NCBI GenBank assembly: GCA_964549815.1
Contig: CAZJVO010000001.1
Span: 1 to 57,575 of the forward strand
DNA from: an uncultured Dehalococcoidales bacterium
GTDB lineage: Bacteria; Chloroflexota; Dehalococcoidia; Dehalococcoidales; UBA5627
DNA length: 57,575 bases
Direction of reading: 5' to 3'
Shown: positions 18,978 through 26,514 of the stretch, piece after piece
How the letters are laid out: each line of letters begins with the position of its first letter
Numbering within the stretch: position 1 is the stretch's first letter
Program-made: the position numbers and the translations under genes
Notes under the pieces: model-generated
The model's input: only the letters and a program-made list of their open reading frames with translations
What the model was told of the DNA's origin: nothing
The model's database searches: none

Positions 18978-19343
18978 ATGAAAATAGCTGTTTCAGCTAC
19001 TGAACCAAAGCTGGAAGCCGGAGTAGATGAAAGATTCGGGCGTTGTAAGTATTTTGTTATTGTTGATACGGATACCATGGATTTTGAAACGGTAGATAAT
19101 TCCGCTTCGCTAGCTTCCGGCGGCGCTGGAGTTGCAACGGCACAGATGATAGCAGGGAAAGGCGTTGCGGCCGTGCTTACCGGCAATTGCGGCCCCAATG
19201 CGTATCAGGTATTATCGCCTGCCGGTATCAAGGTCATCACCGGGGTTTTCGGAAGTGTTAAGGAAGCAGTCGAGTCTTATAAGGTGGGTAAATATGAAGA
19301 AGCCTCCCAGTCCAATGCCCCCGACCATTTTGGAAAGGGATAG
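18978..19343 (+). CDS. NifB/NifX-family (dinitrogenase FeMo-cofactor-binding domain) protein
   Basis: MKIAVSATEP...VDERFGRCKYFVIVDTDTMDFE...AGKGVAAVLTGNCGPNAYQVL is the typical single-domain NifX-like pattern. Confidence 0.8.
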   Translation: MKIAVSATEPKLEAGVDERFGRCKYFVIVDTDTMDFETVDNSASLASGGAGVATAQMIAGKGVAAVLTGNCGPNAYQVLSPAGIKVITGVFGSVKEAVESYKVGKYEEASQSNAPDHFGKG

Positions 19344-19376
19344 TCTTTAGCAAATAACTGGTTAAGAGGTGGAATT

Positions 19377-19574
19377 ATGCCGAGAGGAGACGTAATGGGG
19401 CCTTCGGGGAACTTATCGCAAAGAGGTGGGCGAATGCAGGGCAATCGCAGGGGAGCCGGAACCGGCGGAAACTGCGTCTGCCCCTCCTGCGGGACAAAGG
19501 TTCCCCATCAGCAGGGAACTCCCTGTTCCAATATGAGCTGCCCGAAATGCGGAACGAGGATGGTCAGGGAATAG
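19377..19574 (+). CDS. Small DUF5320-like protein with a C-terminal zinc ribbon
   Basis: MPRGDVMGPSG start and a Gly/Arg-rich segment, followed by CVCPSCG...CPKCG (four-Cys ribbon). 65 aa. Confidence 0.6.
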   Translation: MPRGDVMGPSGNLSQRGGRMQGNRRGAGTGGNCVCPSCGTKVPHQQGTPCSNMSCPKCGTRMVRE

Positions 19575-19575
19575 A

Positions 19576-20442
19576 ATGATAATATCCGTTGCCAGCGGAA
19601 AGGGAGGGACAGGGAAGACACTCATATCTACCAGCCTTGCCCTTTCCCTGAAAGATGAATTCGAAGTAACGCTTGCCGATTGTGATGTCGAAGAGCCGAA
19701 TGACCATATTTTTCTCAATCCGCAGATTACGGCCAGCGAGCCGGTGTGTGTCCGTGTCCCCGTCATAGCGGAAAAAAAGTGCACTTTCTGCGGTTTGTGC
19801 GCCAGGGTATGCGCTTTCAATGCCATTGCTGTGCTCGGTAATCATATGCTGACTTTCCCACAGCTGTGCCATGGGTGCGGTGCCTGCAGTTACCTCTGCC
19901 CTGAAAAGGCCATAAGCGAAGAATCCAGGCAGATAGGGATTGTCGAACAGGGCAATTCCGGCGTGTTAAAGTTTGTACAGGGCACCCTTACAGTTGGGGA
20001 GGCAATGGCTCCCCCAGTTATCAGCAGGGTCAAAGAGCTGGCAGGGGAAAAGGGGATTGTTATCAGGGATGCCCCTCCGGGAGCTGCCTGCCCGGTAGTT
20101 GAAACAGTGAAAGGCAGCGATTTTTGCCTTCTTTTGACCGAGCCGACTCCGTTCGGTCTCAACGACCTTATCCTGGCGGTGGAAACAGTCAGGACACTGA
20201 ATATACCCTTTGGTGTTGTTATCAACAGGGCAGGGAGCGGTGATGCCGGAGTAGAGGATTATTGCCGCAAAGAAAAAATTCCGGTTCTGCTTACAATTCC
20301 GCTGGATACGGAAATTGCTCGCTTGTATTCGCGCGGTATCGCTCTCGTCAAGGGGATACCGCAGTGGAAGAACGCATTTCTCCGGCTTTTTAACGATATC
20401 AGGGAGGTGACAGGTGCAGGAACTGGTAGTACTCAGCGGTAA
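19576..20442 (+). CDS. MinD/ParA-superfamily P-loop ATPase with inserted 2x[4Fe-4S] ferredoxin domain (paralog A)
   Basis: Deviant Walker A VASGKGGTGKT. Two CxxCxxCxxxCP-type motifs (CTFCGLCARVCAFNAI; CHGCGACSYLCPEKAI). Confidence 0.85.
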   Translation: MIISVASGKGGTGKTLISTSLALSLKDEFEVTLADCDVEEPNDHIFLNPQITASEPVCVRVPVIAEKKCTFCGLCARVCAFNAIAVLGNHMLTFPQLCHGCGACSYLCPEKAISEESRQIGIVEQGNSGVLKFVQGTLTVGEAMAPPVISRVKELAGEKGIVIRDAPPGAACPVVETVKGSDFCLLLTEPTPFGLNDLILAVETVRTLNIPFGVVINRAGSGDAGVEDYCRKEKIPVLLTIPLDTEIARLYSRGIALVKGIPQWKNAFLRLFNDIREVTGAGTGSTQR

Positions 20443-21295
20443 GGGTGGAACGGGAAAAACCAGCATTGTCGGTTCGCTGGCAGCGCTGGCGAAGAGAAAG
20501 GTACTGGTAGATTGCGATATCGATGCGGCCGACCTGCATCTTATTCTTCTGCATCCTTTTATGAAGCAGAAAGAGGAGTTCTGGAGCGGGCAGGTAGCTT
20601 TTATCGACCCGTCGAAGTGCACATGTTGTGGATTATGCCAGAGACTTTGCCGCTTCGAAGCTATAAAAAATTTCGAGGTGGACACGGTATCCTGTGAAGG
20701 CTGTGGTTTTTGCTCGCATATATGCCCGCAGCAGGCAATCACCATGAAAGATAATATGGCGGGGTATATGTTCATTTCCGATACGAGGTACGGCCCGTTG
20801 GTGCATGCCCGTCTGGGGATTGCGCAGGAAAACTCCGGTAAGTTAGTCGCCAGAGTACGCCAGCAGGCAAAAAAGGTGGCTGCAGAAAAAGAGGCGGAAT
20901 ATATCATCTGTGACGGGCCTCCCGGTATCGGCTGTCCGGTTATTTCTTCCCTGTCCGGAGCCAATCTGGCATTACTGGTGGTCGAGCCGACTCTTTCGGG
21001 TATTCACGATATGCAGAGGGTGCTGGAGGTGTGCCGCCATTTCAATGTCCCGGCTGTCGTCTGCATCAATAAATACGATATCAACGAAGAAAATGCACGT
21101 AAAATAGAGAATTGTTGCCGGTCTCAGGATGTAGAAGTCGTAGCCAGAATCCCCTTCGATAACGTAGTAACCGATGCTATGATACAGGGCATTCCGGTAG
21201 TCGAACACTCCGAAGGTGCTGTTGCAGGGGAGATAAAATTGCTCTGGCAGCGGATTTCAGGTATTCTGAAAGCAGGTGAAGTTTCTTCTGAATAA
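20414..21295 (+). CDS. MinD/ParA-superfamily P-loop ATPase with inserted 2x[4Fe-4S] ferredoxin domain (paralog B)
   Basis: GTG start 6 nt after GGAGG. LSGKGGTGKT, CTCCGLCQRLCRFEAI, CEGCGFCSHICPQQAI. Overlaps paralog A by 29 nt. Confidence 0.85.
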   Translation: MQELVVLSGKGGTGKTSIVGSLAALAKRKVLVDCDIDAADLHLILLHPFMKQKEEFWSGQVAFIDPSKCTCCGLCQRLCRFEAIKNFEVDTVSCEGCGFCSHICPQQAITMKDNMAGYMFISDTRYGPLVHARLGIAQENSGKLVARVRQQAKKVAAEKEAEYIICDGPPGIGCPVISSLSGANLALLVVEPTLSGIHDMQRVLEVCRHFNVPAVVCINKYDINEENARKIENCCRSQDVEVVARIPFDNVVTDAMIQGIPVVEHSEGAVAGEIKLLWQRISGILKAGEVSSE

Positions 21296-21317
21296 AAATC
21301 TTTAAAAGGTTAACACT

Positions 21318-21695
21318 ATGCAGAAATTGATAGATGAGTTTATGGGCATGAAACGGTTTGCTGTGGTGGGGGCATCCGATAATCCCGAAAAGTATGGCAA
21401 CAGGATAGTGAAAAATCTTAAAGGCAGGGGTTATGAAGTCTATCCAGTCAATCCGCGGCTCAAGGAAGTCGATGGATTGACCTGCTATGCCAGCCTTGCC
21501 GATATCCCGGTTAAAGTCGACATCGTCGATTTTGTAGTGCCTCCGGTGGTAACCGAAGAGGTTCTGAAACAGTGCAGGGAACTGGGATTGAACCGCATCT
21601 GGCTGCAACCCGGTTCGGAAAGCCAATCGGCAATCGATTACTGCCAAGAGAATAATCTGTATGTTGTGTATAATGTATGTGTCATGATGAATTGA
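21318..21695 (+). CDS. CoA-binding domain protein (YccU/YneT-like)
   Basis: FAVVGASDNPEKYGNRIVKNLKGRGYEVYPVNP...IDIVDFVVPP. 125 aa. Confidence 0.8.
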   Translation: MQKLIDEFMGMKRFAVVGASDNPEKYGNRIVKNLKGRGYEVYPVNPRLKEVDGLTCYASLADIPVKVDIVDFVVPPVVTEEVLKQCRELGLNRIWLQPGSESQSAIDYCQENNLYVVYNVCVMMN

Positions 21696-21758
21696 TAAAA
21701 TATTCAGCGTAAAATCGATAGTATATACAATAAAAATAAATTAAAGGAGTATGGTTTA

Positions 21759-22151
21759 ATGAAATTTGCAATTCCGGTAGTAAACGGTGCCCTTTCGTCA
21801 CATTTCGGTCAGACGACCGAGTTTTTAATCATCGAGGTAAATGATAGCAAGCAGATAGTCGGTAAAGAAACCATGGCCACAGCTTCACATGATTGTCACG
21901 GGACACCGGTATTGCTGGCTCAGCGGGGAGTTAACGTTGTATTAGCCGGCGGTATGGGAATGGGGCCGCGCATGGCTTTTAAAGATAATGGCATAGAAGT
22001 CGTGCTGGGTGTTACCGAGCCTGATCCCGAAACCGCGGTTATCAAGTATCTGCATCACAGGCTGGAGCGGGGTGAAAATGTCTGCGAACACGGCGATACG
22101 GTCTGCGAACATGGCGGGCACCACGATGAACACCATCATGATTGCAATTAA
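21759..22151 (+). CDS. NifB/NifX-family cluster-binding protein with a His/Cys-rich C-terminal tail
   Basis: MKFAIPVVNGALSSHFGQTTEFLIIEV...GVNVVLAGGMGMGP. The tail reads GENVCEHGDTVCEHGGHHDEHHHDCN. Confidence 0.8.
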   Translation: MKFAIPVVNGALSSHFGQTTEFLIIEVNDSKQIVGKETMATASHDCHGTPVLLAQRGVNVVLAGGMGMGPRMAFKDNGIEVVLGVTEPDPETAVIKYLHHRLERGENVCEHGDTVCEHGGHHDEHHHDCN

Positions 22152-22176
22152 CATTTATTAAAGAAAGGGCTATCGC

Positions 22177-22962
22177 TTGAGTTTTATCACTATCGTACTG
22201 CTCTTCCTTGTCGGCATTCTGGCTGGCGGCTTCGGCGGCTTGCTGGGGCTTGGCGGTGGAGCTATAATGCTGCCCATTGTGCGTTTTGGCTTTGGCTTTG
22301 AGCCATCGATTGCTGTAGGGACGACGCTGGTAGCCGTGATTTTTACTGCGGTTTCTGGTGCCTATCAGCACTGGAAACTGGGCAACGTTGATTGGAAATC
22401 AGTAAAATATATCGCTCCGGCAGGTGTTGCCGGGGTGATAGTGGGTTCTGTCTTATTTTATATCATCCGAGATTACACCGAGGTAATCGATTTGATACTC
22501 GGGGTAATTTTTGCCCCCATTGCTCTGAATATGATTTATGAGGGGTTGTTCAGAAGGGGCAAGATGAATTATACGGGCAACGAAATGGCAGGTAGTAACC
22601 TGCTCAAATCTGCAATTGGGGGAGGTGTGGGGGTTTTTACCGGGGTATCCGGTCTTGGAGGTGGGTTTATTCTGGTTCCTGCCTTTGTTTATTTGTTGCA
22701 CTCTCCGGTCAGGATTGCCGTAGGGTCATCGATGGCTTCCTTCGTATGGTTTGCATTGGTGGGGGGCATAATAAAAATCGCACAAGGCCTGTGCGATATT
22801 CCGGCAGCCATTGCTATGGGAGTGGGGGCTATCGGGGGGGCTGTAATCGGGGCAAGGCTTGTCTCTCACATCAAGCCTTCTACTTTAAAATCGATATTCG
22901 GTTTTATCTTTTTATATATATCTTTGAAATATATCTTCAGCTATTTCGGAATATCTATTTAA
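22177..22962 (+). CDS. TauE/SafE (DUF81) family anion exporter-like membrane protein
   Basis: 261 aa, about 8 TM, with Gly-rich repeats (GGFGGLLGLGGGAIMLP; GVSGLGGGFILVPA) typical of TauE/SafE. Confidence 0.8.
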   Translation: MSFITIVLLFLVGILAGGFGGLLGLGGGAIMLPIVRFGFGFEPSIAVGTTLVAVIFTAVSGAYQHWKLGNVDWKSVKYIAPAGVAGVIVGSVLFYIIRDYTEVIDLILGVIFAPIALNMIYEGLFRRGKMNYTGNEMAGSNLLKSAIGGGVGVFTGVSGLGGGFILVPAFVYLLHSPVRIAVGSSMASFVWFALVGGIIKIAQGLCDIPAAIAMGVGAIGGAVIGARLVSHIKPSTLKSIFGFIFLYISLKYIFSYFGISI

Positions 22963-22975
22963 GGAGTTCAGCGGC

Positions 22976-23428
22976 ATGTCTGATAATTTGGATGACCTGG
23001 AAGAACTATTGTTGGGAGAGGAACGCAGAAATTATTCGGCAAAGGCTATTGACCATGCCATGAATCCGCGCAATCTTGGAGTAATGGAAAATGCGGATGT
23101 ATATGCCACTATCACCGGACCCTGCGGAGATACTATAGAAATCTGGCTCAAAATCGACGACAACATCATTTCAAAAGCTACTTTTATGACTGACGGATGC
23201 GGAACAAGCATCGCTTCGGGTAGTATGGTCACCGAACTGGCAAAGGGTAGAGATATCAGGGAAGCAATGACAATCAGCCAGCAGGATATCCTGGATGCCC
23301 TCGACGGCTTGCCTGAAGAAAGCAATCATTGCGCTCTTCTGGCTTCGAATACACTGAAAGCAGCCGTCAGGGAATATATCGATATCAAGAAAGAACCCTG
23401 GAAAAGGGCTTACCGCAAGCAGCAATAA
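22976..23428 (+). CDS. IscU/NifU N-terminal-type Fe-S cluster scaffold protein
   Basis: Three ligand cysteines in the canonical context: GPCGDT, DGCGTSIAS, NHCALLA. Confidence 0.85.
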   Translation: MSDNLDDLEELLLGEERRNYSAKAIDHAMNPRNLGVMENADVYATITGPCGDTIEIWLKIDDNIISKATFMTDGCGTSIASGSMVTELAKGRDIREAMTISQQDILDALDGLPEESNHCALLASNTLKAAVREYIDIKKEPWKRAYRKQQ

Positions 23429-23443
23429 TTCTTCCGAGTTATT

Positions 23444-24202
23444 CTAGTGGCCGTATGGGCAAATCCGGTCTATCCCGGTAATAGCACAGACTGCCGCACC
23501 CGTTATGCCGAAAAGCACCAGTTTTTTGCCGTTTTTGTTTACTCTGGCATTGATATCGTCGAACGAACCGTTGGCAATGGTGCTTCCCGTCGCCAATATT
23601 ACATCGCACCAGTCTATTAATTCCCGCGTCTGCGTTTTTCCGTCCCAGATAATAACACCGGCTTTATTCTGTCCGATATTCTTGGGGTTCATATCGGTAC
23701 AATGAACATTATCTGCTCCGAAAGCCTCTACAAGACTCTCCAGTATTGCCGGTTGCAAACCTATCATTCCTATTTTTACATCGCCGTACTTTTCCCTGAT
23801 TTCATCAGCGATTATGCTGCCACATTTTGCCGGCTCTTCGTCGCGGCAGTGTTTTACTCCCGAAGCAATTCCCAGATGCGATGCGATAGCGTTCAGGGTG
23901 GCTACCATAATAGCTCGATTACTATTGGTATCCAGATTGAAAGACAATATGTCTTCTATGGTTCCTTCGAATTCTTTAGGGCTGTCGGTAAAGGCTTGTC
24001 CGAAGCCACCCCCGAACTGTGCCTGTATCATAACTTCTCTGCCTTCAAGAATGGCATAATCTTTCCTTTCAGTGTTACCGATAGCCTGCAAAGGGGATAA
24101 AGCTCCCACGGTAACTTTAACAGGCTGCCCCTCCGCCTTGTTTTCTTTTACCAGTTCTATCAGCTTGTTCCTGACGATTTGAATCGATGTTAATTCTGTC
24201 AT
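23444..24202 (-). CDS. DUF364-like Rossmann-domain protein (divergent paralog of 50365..51192)
   Basis: The C-terminal half IGMIGLQP...CDVILATGSTIANGSFDDI...LVLFGITGAAV resembles the DUF364 pattern (TGxTxxNxT...GP). Immediately downstream of modA on the same strand. Confidence 0.55.
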   Translation of the reverse strand: MTELTSIQIVRNKLIELVKENKAEGQPVKVTVGALSPLQAIGNTERKDYAILEGREVMIQAQFGGGFGQAFTDSPKEFEGTIEDILSFNLDTNSNRAIMVATLNAIASHLGIASGVKHCRDEEPAKCGSIIADEIREKYGDVKIGMIGLQPAILESLVEAFGADNVHCTDMNPKNIGQNKAGVIIWDGKTQTRELIDWCDVILATGSTIANGSFDDINARVNKNGKKLVLFGITGAAVCAITGIDRICPYGH

Positions 24203-24310
24203 AATTCTGATTTCCCTCTTTTCCTTGTTCTAATTTTTTGTGAGTCTTACTAATTATTTGCTTATGATATATCAACTTTATAAAAAATCCACCTTGGTAA
24301 TATCAAAAAG

Positions 24311-25090
24311 TTATTCACTCTTAACGCTGAAACCGTATGATTCGAATATGTCTATTACCTCTGGGCTGATCAGAAAATCCAGGTAATCGCGGGCAGCTTC
24401 GGCGTTTTCAGATGCGCTGACTATAGCCGTCGGATAGGTTATCTTTGAATTTATTTCAGCGGGGGCAGAAGCCACGGTCATAACCTTATCTGATGTCAGC
24501 GCATCGGTTGAATATACGATACCAGCAACAATATTTCCTGTTTCGACGTAGGCTAATACTTCGCGTACCGTGCTCCCCAAAAGAAGTTTGTCTGCCATAT
24601 CATCACTGATTTCGAGGAGTTCAAAAAGCATCTGGGCATACTCTCCTGCCGGAACAAAAGATGGGTCTCCGATTGCCACAAGTTTGATATTATCGTTTGT
24701 AAGGTCCGTAAAATCAGCAATGTTTTGGGGATTATCGGGGGCGACGATTAAAACCAGGTTGTTTGTAAGAAAATCCCGACGTGTTTCAGATAGAATCATC
24801 CCTTGCTGCTGGAGTGAGTCCATTTGCTTGACTCCTGGTGAAATGAAGATATCACAGATAGCTCCGTTCTCAATCTGCGTTTTTAATGTTCCCGCTGCAG
24901 CGTAATTTGCCTGTATGGTAACATTTGAATTCTGTTCCATATAAAGAGCGTTGATTTCATCAATAACATCTATCATGCCTGCTCCAGCGAATACTGTCAG
25001 CGTGACAGGTTTTTCCTTGCATCCTGGAAGAATGCCGAGGACAAGAGATAGGATTACCAGCGGAATAATTTTTAACAGCGCGTTTTTCAA
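24311..25090 (-). CDS. modA: Molybdate/tungstate ABC transporter substrate-binding lipoprotein ModA
   Basis: TTG start. Lipobox LGILPGC. LTVFAGAGMIDVIDEI...ANYAAAGTLKTQIENGAICDIFISPG...YPTAIV is the typical ModA pattern. Confidence 0.82.
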   Translation of the reverse strand: MKNALLKIIPLVILSLVLGILPGCKEKPVTLTVFAGAGMIDVIDEINALYMEQNSNVTIQANYAAAGTLKTQIENGAICDIFISPGVKQMDSLQQQGMILSETRRDFLTNNLVLIVAPDNPQNIADFTDLTNDNIKLVAIGDPSFVPAGEYAQMLFELLEISDDMADKLLLGSTVREVLAYVETGNIVAGIVYSTDALTSDKVMTVASAPAEINSKITYPTAIVSASENAEAARDYLDFLISPEVIDIFESYGFSVKSE

Positions 25091-25227
25091 TTGTTATACC
25101 CCCGTTTCTTAATAATTACAAAATATATACGTGTCTACTAGTGGCTTTAAGTGGGGAAAAGGGAAGGGGGTATATAGTGGCAACTATATCGCGGCGACTA
25201 TCGATACTTGAAATAAAAGCCGTTTCC

Positions 25228-25345
25228 ATCTGCTCTCCTTTTCCAACGGGAAGCAACACCGTTTCCGGTAATGCCGTCTAGATATTCTATCTACCGGCTG
25301 TTCGCCATGGATTGCTCTTTAGGCAAAACAGCTCCGGAGAAGTCA
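25228..25345 (-). promoter_or_regulatory. Candidate molybdenum-cofactor (Moco) riboswitch in the modA leader
   Basis: Minus strand reads CUUCUCCGGAGC-[hairpin GCUGUUUUGCC..GGCGAACAGC]-[hairpin GCCGGUAGAUAgaaUAUCUAGACGGC]-[hairpin AACGG..CCGUU]-GGAAAAGGAGAGC. The 5' UCUCC pairs with the 3' GGAGA. The multi-stem layout and 3' AAAGGAG resemble the Moco motif as I recall it. Not verified by a covariance model. Confidence 0.45.
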
Positions 25346-25565
25346 AATATTTATTTTATAGCACATACGTTATAATGGTGTCAATATAACGTTTTTGATA
25401 TTATATTCTTTTTATAAAGAAATATTAAAAGAGCCTTTTAAATATGTATTGCGTCTGAAGTTTATAAAAATTGAAATATTCAGATTATTCATTGTGATAG
25501 TATGAATATATCGCCTGTAGAAAAAAACGGGTATTCGGTATAGACTAATATATATCATAAATAAA

Positions 25566-25591
25566 CTTCCCACGACCTTACGGTCGGGGTA
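25566..25591. repeat. 26-nt hairpin-forming element, copy 2 (CTTCCCACGACCTTACGGTCGGGGTA), inverted relative to copy 1
   Basis: 25/26 identical to the reverse complement of 18059-18084. It lies 47 nt upstream of the GTG start of the MBL-fold gene. Confidence 0.8.
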
Positions 25592-25637
25592 TTCGCGTCG
25601 GGGAGTATAAATAAATATAATTTATGAAGGGATAGCT

Positions 25638-26474
25638 GTGGAAATAAAAATCAGTACCTTAAGTGAAAACACAGCGCTTCACGGTTATATCGGAGAATAC
25701 GGCCTGAGTCTTTTTATCGAGGCTGACGGCAAGCGCATCCTGTTCGATACCGGATTGAGTTTTTCCGCTTATCACAACGCCCAGCTAATGGGCATTGATT
25801 TAACTAAAGTCGATTGCATAGTTCTCAGCCATGGTCACCTCGACCATACGGGCGGACTCAGCGAAATGTTGCGCAGAATCGGTAAAGAAATAGGGGTTAT
25901 TGCCCATCCCGATGTACTCGAACCGAGGTATACGCTGCGTGACGGGCAAACGCAGGAAAAATTCATCGGAATGCCCTGTTCAAAAGAGGAACTGGAGAAC
26001 CGCGGCGCAATTTTTACACTGTCCAAAGAGCCCGTATATATAACTTCCAATATAATGACCACCGGGGAAATCCCCATGCTGACCGAGTACGAGAAAGTGG
26101 AAAGCAATCTCCATATTAAAGTCGGGGATGCTTTTCTACCTGATAAAATAGCCGATGATTTATCCCTCATCGTAAATGCAGATTTTGGGATGGTAGTATT
26201 TACCGGATGCGGTCACCGCGGGGTTATCAATATCGTCAGACATTCTCAGAAATTGGCGGGAAATAATAATATCTATGCCGTTATTGGCGGCATCCATCTC
26301 TTCAGAGCTTCGGAGGAGAGGGTTCAAAGGACGATTGCAGAACTCGGAACAATAGGGATAAAAAAGTTGGGAGTTTCCCATTGCACTGGTTTTAAAGCCT
26401 CGGCAAAAATCGCCGACGCATTCCCGAAAGAGTTTTTCTCGAATAACGCCGGAAACAGGTTCGTTCTTCCGTAG
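25638..26474 (+). CDS. MBL-fold metallo-hydrolase (COG1237-like)
   Basis: LSENTALHGYIGEYGLSLFIEADGKRILFDTG...VLSHGHLDHTGG...FTGCGHRGVIN...GGIHL is the beta-lactamase-fold HxHxDH signature. Confidence 0.8.
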   Translation: MEIKISTLSENTALHGYIGEYGLSLFIEADGKRILFDTGLSFSAYHNAQLMGIDLTKVDCIVLSHGHLDHTGGLSEMLRRIGKEIGVIAHPDVLEPRYTLRDGQTQEKFIGMPCSKEELENRGAIFTLSKEPVYITSNIMTTGEIPMLTEYEKVESNLHIKVGDAFLPDKIADDLSLIVNADFGMVVFTGCGHRGVINIVRHSQKLAGNNNIYAVIGGIHLFRASEERVQRTIAELGTIGIKKLGVSHCTGFKASAKIADAFPKEFFSNNAGNRFVLP

Positions 26475-26514
26475 CGGTCATATACGATGGCACTTAACTC
26501 CCCCTTTGTAAGAT

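Noticed and set aside
18638-19198. 186-aa minus-strand ORF across the DUF5320 and NifX-like genes, and the 137-aa ORF at 19413..19826
   Set aside because: They are antisense to a tightly packed plus-strand operon. They are Pro/Ser-rich with no start context.
19966-20964. 332-aa minus-strand ORF spanning the two MinD/ferredoxin ATPase genes
   Set aside because: It is entirely antisense to two strongly supported genes (Walker A and 4Fe-4S motifs). The translation is Cys/Ser/Pro-rich with no recognisable motif. It is typical of a shadow ORF.
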